Shown here: piece by piece, positions 51,314-61,184 of the stretch | Layout: the number at the start of each line of letters is the position of its first letter | Position numbering within the stretch: position 1 is the first letter of the stretch | NCBI GenBank assembly: GCA_016786925.1 | Contig: JAEUTU010000052.1 | Coordinates: forward strand, 726 to 64,725 | DNA: 64,000 nt | From: Bacteroidia bacterium | GTDB lineage: Bacteria > Bacteroidota > Bacteroidia > 2-12-FULL-35-15 | Direction of reading: 5' to 3' | Notes under the pieces: model-generated | The model's input: only the letters and a program-made list of their open reading frames with translations | Databases searched by the model: none | What the model was told of the DNA's origin: nothing | Position numbers and translations under genes: made by a program

Positions 51314-52558
51314 ATGAATCTTATCTATAACATATCCATTTACCTGTATAGAATTGCAATCGGTATTACGTCTCTGTTCAATAAAAAGGCTCAGCTTTGG
51401 ATCGATGGGAGAAAGGATATTTTCAAAAAACTTGAAATTGTCTTTTCAAAAAAACAAACATCGATTATCTGGGTACACTGTGCTTCTTTGGGTGAATTTG
51501 AACAAGGCAGACCCTTGATCGAGGAGATAAAAAGGAAACACCCAAACTACTCTATTCTACTCACTTTTTTCTCTCCATCGGGTTATGAGGTTAGAAAAAA
51601 CTATCAGGGTGCAGACTATATTTTTTATCTCCCAATTGACACTCCAACAAACACTGACAAATTTCTTGACATTGTAAAACCAGCGTATACATTCTTTGTG
51701 AAATATGAATTTTGGTTCAATTACCTCAATGCCTTAAAAAAAAGAAAAATTCCAACCTATCTTGTCAGCGGTATTTTCAGAGATGACCATCATTTTTTCA
51801 AGCCCTACGGTAAATGGTCAAGAAAACAACTAGCTTGCTTCAATCACTTTTTTGTTCAAAACAAACATTCAGAAGAACTACTTCAATCCATAGGCTATAC
51901 AAACACTACTGTCACAGGCGACACACGCTTTGACAGAGTTTCTGAAATTGCTAAAACCGTAAAACGATTTGACCTTATTGAACAATTCTGTAAAGATCAT
52001 CCTGTTTTCATTGCAGGAAGTACATGGAATGAAGATGAGCAGATATTAGCCCAAAGCAGCATTATTAGTATGGGATATAAGCTAATCATTGCTCCGCACG
52101 AAATTGATGAAAAACACATTGATTCGATCATCCGGCAATTTAAAACCGGTTCTCCAGAAACTCAATGTATCCGATATTCTGAACTGACCGAAAAGAACGA
52201 TTCACTTGCCACGATCCTGATCATTGACAATATTGGAATGCTATCATCACTTTATCAATATGGCAAATTAGCCTACATAGGAGGTGGCTTTGGCAAAGGC
52301 ATACACAATATTTTGGAAGCAGCTACTTTTGGATTACCTGTGATCTTCGGTCCGAACTATCAAAAATTTACGGAAGCCAAAGAACTGATCGAACAAAAAG
52401 GAGCATTCAGTATTTCATCTGAAGCCGGATTAAACAATATACTCAACCTCTTACATAACGAAAGTGCGTTGAAGAATGCTTCGACTATCGCCAAAAACTA
52501 TGTAGAGTCTAATACAGGTGCTACTTCCAAGATCCTTTCACATATCCAACTGAAGTAA
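51314..52558 (+). CDS. waaA: Kdo transferase
   Basis: WVHCASLGE, TFFSPSG, GDTRFD, AGSTW and GGGF..HNILEAA motifs. Confidence 0.93.
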   Translation: MNLIYNISIYLYRIAIGITSLFNKKAQLWIDGRKDIFKKLEIVFSKKQTSIIWVHCASLGEFEQGRPLIEEIKRKHPNYSILLTFFSPSGYEVRKNYQGADYIFYLPIDTPTNTDKFLDIVKPAYTFFVKYEFWFNYLNALKKRKIPTYLVSGIFRDDHHFFKPYGKWSRKQLACFNHFFVQNKHSEELLQSIGYTNTTVTGDTRFDRVSEIAKTVKRFDLIEQFCKDHPVFIAGSTWNEDEQILAQSSIISMGYKLIIAPHEIDEKHIDSIIRQFKTGSPETQCIRYSELTEKNDSLATILIIDNIGMLSSLYQYGKLAYIGGGFGKGIHNILEAATFGLPVIFGPNYQKFTEAKELIEQKGAFSISSEAGLNNILNLLHNESALKNASTIAKNYVESNTGATSKILSHIQLK

Positions 52559-52647
52559 TTAACTATTCACTGCTGAAAACCTATTTCGCTTTTTTCTGCC
52601 TGATGTTTTGATTTATTGTATTTTCGATACAAATCAACATCACACTC

Positions 52648-54087
52648 ATGAGCAATAAAAGCAATTCTTCATCACTTTTAGTGTTAATATCCGTTTTCTT
52701 TTTTTGGGGCTTCGTAGCAGCCAGCAACGATATTTTGATCCCTGTCTTCAAAGACAAATTGAATTTGGAACAATGGCAATCGCAAATGATCTCCTTTGCA
52801 TTTTATGTAGCCTACACAGTAGGATCTCTCATCTATTATTTTGCATCCAAAGCATCGGGTGGTGATATATTAAACAAGATCGGCTATAAAAATGGGATCG
52901 CATTAGGCTTAAGCATATCTGCTATGGGAACCTTACTATTTTATCCGGCAGCTCAAACAGCATCATTCCCATTAATGATCTCCGGTTTATTTATTGTGGG
53001 TTTAGGCTTTTCATTACAACAAACTGCTGCAAACCCTTTAGCTATAGTCATGGGTGATCCTAAAAAAGGATCACAACGACTTAGTTTGGCGGGAGGAGTA
53101 AACAATGTAGGGACAACCATTGGACCATTGTTGGTTAGCTTCGCCATCTTCGGTTCTATTTCATCGGGTAATACGTTAGCAAGTATTGAAAGTATTAAAA
53201 CGCCTTATTTGATTTTAGGAGCCGCATTTATTATTGTAGCAGTGATCTTTAAATTTTCTTCTATACCAAACAAATTGGAACACATTAATGATGAACAGGA
53301 AACAGAAAGCTCCAATACAAAAAAAAGTGCGTTGAATTATCCTCAGCTTATTCTAGGTATGATCGCCATATTTGTTTATGTAGGAGTTGAAGTATCTACT
53401 GCGAGTAACTTACCTGAGTTTATGAAACAGAAACTAAACACTCCAACCGAACAGATCGCACCATACGTATCTCTTTTCTGGGCAAGTTTAATGATCGGTC
53501 GATGGACCTCATCGGTAGGTGCCTTTAACCTAAGCGGAGGATTAAAGTCTATCATGAATTTCCTGATGCCATACATTGCATTTGGTGTTTTCTTGGCCGT
53601 AAACAAAATTGCGAGTCATGATCTCACACCATTTTATGTATATGCGTTTGTGATCATCGCATTGATCATTGCTGATATATTAAGCAAAGGCAATCCAGCC
53701 CGTCAGCTATTGATCTTTTCATTCGCAGGGATAACAGCCTTATTTATAGGAATGCTATCCTCAGGAATGGTAAGCGTATATGCATTCATCAGTGTTGGAT
53801 TATTTTGCAGTACACTGTGGCCGTGTATCTTTACTTTAGCGATAGCGGGACTAGGAAAGCACACCAACGAAGGTTCCAGCTTTTTGATCATGATGATCAT
53901 GGGTGGGGGATTCATCAGCCTATTACAGGGAGTCGTTGCCTCCGATAATATTTTAGGGATACAGTGGAGTTACTTGGTGGGTGTAGCCTGCTTTGCATAC
54001 CTGGCTTTTTATGCATGGAAAGTAACCACAATATTAAAAAGGCAAGGGATTGATTATGACAAGCCAAGCGGTAATAGCGGACATTAA
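52648..54087 (+). CDS. FHS-family MFS sugar transporter (GluP/FucP-like)
   Basis: FFFWGF..NDILIP, QTAANP, YVGVEV and multiple TM helices. Confidence 0.9.
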   Translation: MSNKSNSSSLLVLISVFFFWGFVAASNDILIPVFKDKLNLEQWQSQMISFAFYVAYTVGSLIYYFASKASGGDILNKIGYKNGIALGLSISAMGTLLFYPAAQTASFPLMISGLFIVGLGFSLQQTAANPLAIVMGDPKKGSQRLSLAGGVNNVGTTIGPLLVSFAIFGSISSGNTLASIESIKTPYLILGAAFIIVAVIFKFSSIPNKLEHINDEQETESSNTKKSALNYPQLILGMIAIFVYVGVEVSTASNLPEFMKQKLNTPTEQIAPYVSLFWASLMIGRWTSSVGAFNLSGGLKSIMNFLMPYIAFGVFLAVNKIASHDLTPFYVYAFVIIALIIADILSKGNPARQLLIFSFAGITALFIGMLSSGMVSVYAFISVGLFCSTLWPCIFTLAIAGLGKHTNEGSSFLIMMIMGGGFISLLQGVVASDNILGIQWSYLVGVACFAYLAFYAWKVTTILKRQGIDYDKPSGNSGH

Positions 54088-54113
54088 AAAAGGCGGGCAA
54101 TGCCCGCCTTTTT
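54086..54113. terminator. Bidirectional intrinsic terminator
   Basis: AAAAAAGGCGGGCA-A-TGCCCGCCTTTTT. Confidence 0.88.
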
Positions 54114-54115
54114 CA

Positions 54116-55714
54116 TTACTTAATGTCAATTGAAAAGAGAATATTTTTTTTCCTTTTACGCTCTACATCGATCAAATTGTTATTTCTTCCATCAATAAAG
54201 TCTCGAATATAAAAGTTGGTTTCGAACAGCTTTACATCCGCCAAATTATACTTTCTGATCATTCCAGTTTCATTGATATTCAAACCTACTAAAAAACCAC
54301 CTGCATTATTCATATGCGCACGAGGAGCCTCATTTTCCGGAAGGTCAAAATTTTCAATATGATCGATATAGAACAAATGCACATCGTTCCCAATTGCATA
54401 AGAATTAATAGACAAGCCACTTCCGGAAGCATCATTACTTCTCTGGCGTTTTGGGATCTTTTTCACCCAGGCTAATTTTCCATTAGCATCAATGTTCATC
54501 ACAAAAATATCATTTGCAAAAGTTTTATAAGTAGTGGTGGTGGTTTTGCCATTGTAATGTGTATATACTTCTACCCAATATTGTTCAGCGATAATAGTAG
54601 AAGAGCCATTTTGCATAGCATAAATATCACGTATCCTCAAATTATTGATCCCTAACTCTTTGGTTTCATCATCCTTATTTTTTTTCTCTTTCTTTTCAAT
54701 CTTTTCTTTTTGACGATCGGTCATATAAGATTTGATCACATCGGAAGGGATCTCATAATATCCTCCATGAAGCTTTGCAATGGTCCCATTTGCTACATCT
54801 AACTTTACCATATAAGCTCCATCTGTAGGAGAATTGACACCTTTGGAATAAAATCCAGCTACTACTATATTATGATTCACATCTTCATAGATGTAAGTAT
54901 CTTCCGGGAAATAATTCTCTAACTTGATCTCCACAATTTTAGGTTGAGCCTGTCCCTTTTCAAAGACCAATACTTCATAGTGATAATTCGGTTTTTTATC
55001 TTTTGTAGCTTCCTTTTTACGATCATCTTCATATACTTTTATCACCTGATAATACTTGCCATCATCACCTAAAGTTGAACTCGCAAAAGTCATTTGAGCC
55101 TCCGTATAAGGCATTTTAAATTCATCGCCCCACAGCTTATTTAAATTCTCATCATACACATAGATCCCAACAATGTGAGTATTTAGTTTATCGTTTCGTT
55201 CGGCTGCAACAAGTGTATAGTTGTAAGCTATCTTCGATCTGTCTTCCGAAATTCTGCTGGTATGTATTCCCCATGTAACTTTATCGGAAGATGTATATAG
55301 CTTAATAGGTTCTCCCACAACATCTAATTTTTCAGGCGAGAATTCAATGGCAGATATCCCCTCCGTTTTTGTTTCTTTATATACTTCTCTAACAAAGACA
55401 TAGGTTTTCTCCTTCATTTTATAGATCCAATCCAGACTTACTTTGGGATTGGTAAATTTCGACTTAATATCAACTGTATTTTGTTTTTGAAATTCAAGCT
55501 CCTTTGAAAACAATTGAAAATTAACAGACTCCAATCCATCTTCATTAATTTGAACAATGCCATTTGCTCCATAAGGAATTGCTTTGTATAAACGATGTCC
55601 TTTCGGTGATTCAAATTCGGCTGAATGACGAATAGTATATGGACCTGTGGATTGTCCAAACAAAGTTGTTGGAAGCAAAGAAGCTGCAATAAGTAGTTGA
55701 AATATCTGTTTCAT
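54116..55714 (-). CDS. Hypothetical secreted protein (beta-rich, propeller-like)
   Basis: Signal peptide MKQIFQLL; YDENLNKLW and DANGKLAW repeats; no CTD. Confidence 0.7.
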   Translation of the reverse strand: MKQIFQLLIAASLLPTTLFGQSTGPYTIRHSAEFESPKGHRLYKAIPYGANGIVQINEDGLESVNFQLFSKELEFQKQNTVDIKSKFTNPKVSLDWIYKMKEKTYVFVREVYKETKTEGISAIEFSPEKLDVVGEPIKLYTSSDKVTWGIHTSRISEDRSKIAYNYTLVAAERNDKLNTHIVGIYVYDENLNKLWGDEFKMPYTEAQMTFASSTLGDDGKYYQVIKVYEDDRKKEATKDKKPNYHYEVLVFEKGQAQPKIVEIKLENYFPEDTYIYEDVNHNIVVAGFYSKGVNSPTDGAYMVKLDVANGTIAKLHGGYYEIPSDVIKSYMTDRQKEKIEKKEKKNKDDETKELGINNLRIRDIYAMQNGSSTIIAEQYWVEVYTHYNGKTTTTTYKTFANDIFVMNIDANGKLAWVKKIPKRQRSNDASGSGLSINSYAIGNDVHLFYIDHIENFDLPENEAPRAHMNNAGGFLVGLNINETGMIRKYNLADVKLFETNFYIRDFIDGRNNNLIDVERKRKKNILFSIDIK

Positions 55715-55735
55715 AATTTGATTTTGATGCAATGT

Positions 55736-55767
55736 AAAAAAAAATCCCAAGCGAAATCGCTTGGGAT
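55736..55767 (-). terminator. Intrinsic terminator
   Basis: A9 then TCCCAAGCGA-AA-TCGCTTGGGA. Confidence 0.8.
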
Positions 55768-55789
55768 CTATGTTTTGATCTAAATGATC

Positions 55790-56404
55790 TTATTTTAAAG
55801 GAGCTTTTTTCTTAATATATCCGGCTAACATTTTACCAGCTTTTGCATAAGATTCTTGCAAACGGGAACCTGCATCAAAATCGTATCCCATAGCTTGGCT
55901 ACCTACAACATTTTTAACAACTGTCTTAGATAAGATCTTATCAGGATTAGCAGTCTCAACAATGATAAATGCAAATGATACATAAGCAGGCACTTTAGAA
56001 ACGCCTACGTTGTAACCAGGATACAATGTCAATGTTTTAACGATCAATTTATATTTTGCATCTTTATTTGACTGGCTGATATCCATTTTGCCTTTCATTG
56101 TTTTGTTGAATAATTCCTCAAATTTAGGCTCGTAACGCTCAGTCTGATTTTTTTTCCAACCTTCTACAAATTTATCTCCTTTACCAGCTTCTTTCTTATT
56201 CAAGTCTGTTCTTTTCTTTTCCAAATACTCTGATTCAGAACCTTCTTTACCCATATCCAAGTCGCTGAAATCATATTCTACCAACATTTTAGTTTGTCCA
56301 ACCAACATGGTAAGGTCACCAACTTCTTGAACCATTTTTTGAGCCTTTGCAGTCATTGCTGTAACAGCAATAAAACCTGCGATCAATAACATTTTTGCTT
56401 TCAT
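55790..56404 (-). CDS. Hypothetical secreted/periplasmic protein
   Basis: Signal peptide MKAKMLLIAG...; R(L/I)xE.YAKAGK C-terminal motif. Confidence 0.75.
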   Translation of the reverse strand: MKAKMLLIAGFIAVTAMTAKAQKMVQEVGDLTMLVGQTKMLVEYDFSDLDMGKEGSESEYLEKKRTDLNKKEAGKGDKFVEGWKKNQTERYEPKFEELFNKTMKGKMDISQSNKDAKYKLIVKTLTLYPGYNVGVSKVPAYVSFAFIIVETANPDKILSKTVVKNVVGSQAMGYDFDAGSRLQESYAKAGKMLAGYIKKKAPLK

Positions 56405-56491
56405 ATTATTTAGTTTTAGTTTGTTCTTGTACAAATATAAAATAATTCCTTTCCAATAAAAATGATTGGTAAGATCATTTTCTCAATAATC

Positions 56492-57778
56492 TTACCTTTT
56501 ATCAAAAAACACGATCGGTTTACGGCTCAACTCAGGAAACTGTAGCTTATTGATCACATCAACCTCCTCAAACTTTACCTGTGGAGCCACGCGCAGTTTC
56601 GCTCTAAAATGGTCTTTAATATCTTTTTCAAAATTCTCAGGAATAGTATCACATCCCACTCTGATCAGGATCTCATCGGTGCCTATATCATTGGTAAATA
56701 CTTCTACTACATAGTTCTTTACGCCTTCAATATTATTCAATATATCGTACAATGCAGGTGGATAAAGGGTTGTTCCTTTGTATTTGATCATTTGCTTTCT
56801 TCTTCCAACAATAGGTCCTAAACGGATCGTCTTTCTACCGCAAGCACATGGTTCTGAGTAATGATGGCACAGATCGCCTGTTTTAAAACGCAACAAGGGC
56901 ATTCCTTCCACACCCAGTGTAGTAATGGTTACCTCGCCAGCTTCCCCTTCTTTCACCGGTTGATCATTGTCATCTAAAAACTCCACGATCACTAATTCCG
57001 GATGATGATGTCCACCTTTTCCTTCGGAACATTCCGTGAAAGCTGCACTCATTTCGGTGCTGGCATAAGTTGAATACAATTTAATATTCCATTTATCTTG
57101 TATACGCTGTCCCAAAGTAGTTAACGAAAAATCCTGATTACGTAAAGATTCTCCTATGCAAATTGCTTTTGAAATGGATGTGTTCTTATAATCAATTCCA
57201 TTGGCTTCAGCATATTCGATCAGCTTCAATAAAAATGAAGGTACCGTCACAAATGCGGTCGGATTGATACGCTTGATCGTGTCCCATTGCAATTCAGGAA
57301 TACCGCCTCCTACACGCACCACGCCAGCGCCTAATTTTCTGATCCCTAAAAAATAAGCCAAACCAGCCATAAAACGTTTGTCGAGTGTGGTCATTAATTG
57401 AAACACATCATCCTTTGTAGAATCGGCACATTCAAAGGAGATACACTCATTGTACGCCAAACGATCCAGATCTTTATCGGTCATTGGAAACAACACAGGA
57501 TCGCCTAATGTACCTGAAGTGGTAATATAATCAATGATCTTGCTCGGAGCTACACAAATAAAATCTTGATTCCTGTTCTGAATATCATCTTTCGTTGTTA
57601 CAGGGATCTTTTGAAGATCTTCTATCGTTTTAATAGAAGTAATGTCTATATTATTCTTTTGAAACAAGTCCGAATAAAACCTGGAACGCTCGGAAATATA
57701 TTGTAACATCTCAGGCAATCGTTCTTCCTGATATTTTTTCTGTTCATTTAAAGAACTTGTTTCTATGCCGGGTATCAT
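56492..57778 (-). CDS. Phenylacetate-CoA ligase (PaaK-like) family protein
   Basis: IPVTTKDD, TTSGTLG, TYASTE, MPLLRFKTGD and CACGR motifs; probable start MIPGIE. Confidence 0.88.
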   Translation of the reverse strand: MIPGIETSSLNEQKKYQEERLPEMLQYISERSRFYSDLFQKNNIDITSIKTIEDLQKIPVTTKDDIQNRNQDFICVAPSKIIDYITTSGTLGDPVLFPMTDKDLDRLAYNECISFECADSTKDDVFQLMTTLDKRFMAGLAYFLGIRKLGAGVVRVGGGIPELQWDTIKRINPTAFVTVPSFLLKLIEYAEANGIDYKNTSISKAICIGESLRNQDFSLTTLGQRIQDKWNIKLYSTYASTEMSAAFTECSEGKGGHHHPELVIVEFLDDNDQPVKEGEAGEVTITTLGVEGMPLLRFKTGDLCHHYSEPCACGRKTIRLGPIVGRRKQMIKYKGTTLYPPALYDILNNIEGVKNYVVEVFTNDIGTDEILIRVGCDTIPENFEKDIKDHFRAKLRVAPQVKFEEVDVINKLQFPELSRKPIVFFDKR

Positions 57779-57809
57779 AATTCGAAAGCAGATTTTATAC
57801 TTTTTATTC

Positions 57810-58181
57810 TTAATCTTCCAAAACAACTGTTGCCATGGCCACATCTTTAATATGCGACAATGACACGTGAATGATCCGGATATGTTTATCTTTTAACATT
57901 TCAGCTGTTTGTCCTAATACATTTATCGTTGGTTTGCCAAGTTCATCATTCTCCACTTCCACCTCATTGAATGCCATTCCACCTCTCCAGCCGGTTCCCA
58001 ATGCTTTAAAAAAAGCTTCTTTTGCTGCAAAGCGGGCAGCAAAACTTTCCGCCTTATTTGCTTTTGTTTCGCAATAGGAAATTTCCTTTGCCGAAAACAC
58101 TTTCTCCTTAAAGCTATTGTTCTCAATGCTTTTGGCAATACGTGGCACTTCTGCTATGTCGGTTCCTATTCCGATTATCAT
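57810..58181 (-). CDS. acpS: Holo-ACP synthase
   Basis: GIGTDI, AARFAAKEAFFKALGTG, GKP and VSLSH motifs. Confidence 0.95.
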   Translation of the reverse strand: MIIGIGTDIAEVPRIAKSIENNSFKEKVFSAKEISYCETKANKAESFAARFAAKEAFFKALGTGWRGGMAFNEVEVENDELGKPTINVLGQTAEMLKDKHIRIIHVSLSHIKDVAMATVVLED

Positions 58182-58186
58182 TTAAA

Positions 58187-59908
58187 TTAAAATTGAAAAT
58201 GAACAAACTCTAACGGGATATTGTCTACTTCAAACTGAATCATATCCCTGTCTTGTTGTGTAGTTATTTCTTTTGTTAAGGCCTTTCTAAAGTATTGCCA
58301 TGCATTGTAATTATCGCCTTGCAATTTATAATAATTACCTAAATAAACATAGGTCTCAAAATATTCAGGATTGCAATTTATAAATTTTTGAATTAGGGCA
58401 TCCTCTATCGGATATTTTAACTCATGCTTTTGAATAAAACGAAAAAGGTTTCTCATCTTTTTGTAGGCATCGAACTTCTTGAAATCAGTAGAATTCACAA
58501 ATGAATCGGCAGGAATATTTAATTCTTTTTCATACAGCTCCTTTTTCTCCTTCAAGCCAGGTGCTTCTGCAAACACTTTATTCAGATCATAACAAACAAA
58601 TTGTCCCAACTGAAAGGGATTCGTAGAGATCCAGATCTGTAATTTTTCGGGCTTAAAAACAACTGCATGATGCGCAATCAACTGATTCAAACTTTTTTCA
58701 TTCCCCATTCCAATGTTCTTATCATTCAACCCGCCTCTGTTGCGCATCATGGCAACAGCCTCCGGAACGCTGATCTGTGGTTCTTTGCCGATCAATTCCT
58801 CTAATCGCTTTAACCTGTAATTAGAAGATGACTTTTCTATATTTTCGATATTAACCGGATCATTCGCGAATGCTTTTCCCTGATAATGATTCGCACAGAT
58901 CAAATATTCAGGCTGAGGAGCAGTAAACAACTCTGTTTTAGAAGGCGTTTTTTCGATCGTTGCACTCCGTTTATCTTCTTTGGAACCGATGAGTATCGAC
59001 TCAGAAACAAAGGTTTTCCGTTTTTGTGCGATCGCAAATGCTTCGTCAATATTTTTTGCATATTGCAGAATCTCCCTTGCCAACAAGGAGATTGGAGTGG
59101 CGGCCCCCGTAGGAATTTCCGATTTGGAAGCATTGATCGTTACCGTCAATCCTTTTTCATTCATCCCGGAAACGGTTCCTATCATCCCTGCCCAACTCAC
59201 CATGATCAATTTGTATCCATTTTTAGGAGCAACGAAATTGATGAGCTTATCTTCCGCAAATTTATCTCCAACATAAAAATCAAAGTTACGGGCGATCAAC
59301 AATGTGCTATCATCCGTTTTAGTGCCCCATGCACCAAAGGCAGTACATCCTACGGTCATATTCTTATCCTGCAATGCATGTCCGATATCGTGTGCTGCAT
59401 GATAATTCAGCATACGGTAATATTTGGGGGCTACGAAATCAAATTGATCGGATGCAAAAAGTGATTCACCATATATCTCCTCTTTGTACTCGTCTGTTAT
59501 GTGCTTATCCAGATCTCGATTGAAAAATGCAATGAAAAACTTCAAATAATTCAACATAGCGCGTGAAGGGATCATCACCTGTATCTGTTCAAGAAATGCG
59601 ATTTCTTGTTTCTCGGCTAACTCTTTGTTCAGCTTCCCTTCTATCACTCCCCGTTCAAAACCATCGCCTTCAATATATATTTCCCACAATCCAGTATCAC
59701 TCTTTTTGATCCAATTATTATTGATCGTATAAAAATCAGCTCCCACTTTTTTACGTTCCAATTGCAGAGATGAGCGGTCTTTGATCTCCGGAATACTAAC
59801 CGTTACCGTAATGATAAAAGCAACAAAACCTATGGAGAGTAGATCAATGAATGTAAAAAATGAGAAAAATAAGCCTCTAAATAATGAGGTCAAAAAGCGT
59901 TTAAACAT
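58187..59908 (-). CDS. C45 family autoproteolytic acyltransferase/hydrolase
   Basis: GCTAF nucleophile, ARNFDF, SGMNEKGL and ANHY motifs; N-terminal TM helix. Confidence 0.88.
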   Translation of the reverse strand: MFKRFLTSLFRGLFFSFFTFIDLLSIGFVAFIITVTVSIPEIKDRSSLQLERKKVGADFYTINNNWIKKSDTGLWEIYIEGDGFERGVIEGKLNKELAEKQEIAFLEQIQVMIPSRAMLNYLKFFIAFFNRDLDKHITDEYKEEIYGESLFASDQFDFVAPKYYRMLNYHAAHDIGHALQDKNMTVGCTAFGAWGTKTDDSTLLIARNFDFYVGDKFAEDKLINFVAPKNGYKLIMVSWAGMIGTVSGMNEKGLTVTINASKSEIPTGAATPISLLAREILQYAKNIDEAFAIAQKRKTFVSESILIGSKEDKRSATIEKTPSKTELFTAPQPEYLICANHYQGKAFANDPVNIENIEKSSSNYRLKRLEELIGKEPQISVPEAVAMMRNRGGLNDKNIGMGNEKSLNQLIAHHAVVFKPEKLQIWISTNPFQLGQFVCYDLNKVFAEAPGLKEKKELYEKELNIPADSFVNSTDFKKFDAYKKMRNLFRFIQKHELKYPIEDALIQKFINCNPEYFETYVYLGNYYKLQGDNYNAWQYFRKALTKEITTQQDRDMIQFEVDNIPLEFVHFQF

Positions 59909-60021
59909 GATAGACAAAGATAATAAATATAAAATTTCGGATGGAGAATTTATTTTTCTGAATTAGCCCTTATAATGAACAAAAAATAGTACTTTTAGTT
60001 CACTTTTTTAAAGACAAAATA

Positions 60022-61164
60022 ATGGCGGAAAAATACGATTTTGAAGACATAAGACCCTTTTATGATCATGAAGCAAATGATGCTTTAACGAGAATGAGCA
60101 AAGACCCTCTTTTCGACAAATTGATCAATTACTTTTGGCCGGGAATGAATGCAGAACAAGTTCAGGAAAAGGTGAACAGCGTTCAAAACGTTCATGATTT
60201 CCAGGAACATTTTATGGATGGCGCTATCCGCACCATTGTAAAAAGAAGCTCTACCGGTCTTACCAATAGCGGATTTGAGAATCTAGAACCCAACTCCAGA
60301 TATTTATTCATTGCCAATCACAGGGATATTCTACTCGACTCGGCCATATTACAGATCCTTCTGTTTGAACACGGACACGACACCTCTGAGATCACTTTTG
60401 GCGACAATCTGATGGAACAAGGGTTCATTACTGATTTTGGACGACTCAACAGGATGTTCACCGTAAAAAGAGAAGGTACAGCCAGAGAATTATACGACAT
60501 CTCTAAAAAACTTTCCGCTTATATCCGTCACACTATACTTGAAAAAAAAGTCTCCGTATGGATCGCGCAACGTAACGGAAGAACAAAAGATGGCTTTGAT
60601 CAAACTCAAACAGGTTTGTTAAAAATGATCAATATTAGTGGTAATGGAAACTTTGTAGAAAGCTTTAAAGAAGTGAAGATCGTTCCATTAACCATCTCTT
60701 ATGAATACGAACCCTGTGATGCACTAAAAGTGCAGGAATTGTACCTATCCTCCTTACACACCAAATATGTGAAAGCTCCTGGAGAAGACCTCAACAGCAT
60801 CATCACGGGGATCGTTCAACCAAAAGGCAGGATACACATGGCTGTGGGTAAACCGATCATTGAAGAGTTAGAAGAGATCAATAAAAGTGAGAATGAGAAT
60901 GACAAGATCAAACAGTTGGCGAACCTGATCGACAAGCAGATCTATTCCGATTTTAAACTTTGGCCGGTGAACTATATTGCCTACGACTTATTAGCGAATG
61001 GGAATAAATACGAAAAACAATATTCTACTGAAGAAAAAGAAAACTTTATTCAGTATATCGAAAAGAACATCGAAAAATTAAAAGGAGAAAAAGAAGCGCT
61101 TTATAATCTTTTTATAAAAATGTATGCTGCACCTGTTCTAAACAAAGAATCAATTACAAAATAA
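60022..61164 (+). CDS. Glycerol-phosphate acyltransferase family protein
   Basis: NHRDILLD (HX4D), GDNL, WIAQRNGRTKDG and ISYEYEP motifs. Confidence 0.88.
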   Translation: MAEKYDFEDIRPFYDHEANDALTRMSKDPLFDKLINYFWPGMNAEQVQEKVNSVQNVHDFQEHFMDGAIRTIVKRSSTGLTNSGFENLEPNSRYLFIANHRDILLDSAILQILLFEHGHDTSEITFGDNLMEQGFITDFGRLNRMFTVKREGTARELYDISKKLSAYIRHTILEKKVSVWIAQRNGRTKDGFDQTQTGLLKMINISGNGNFVESFKEVKIVPLTISYEYEPCDALKVQELYLSSLHTKYVKAPGEDLNSIITGIVQPKGRIHMAVGKPIIEELEEINKSENENDKIKQLANLIDKQIYSDFKLWPVNYIAYDLLANGNKYEKQYSTEEKENFIQYIEKNIEKLKGEKEALYNLFIKMYAAPVLNKESITK

Positions 61165-61184
61165 AAATTACAACAATCAAAGAA

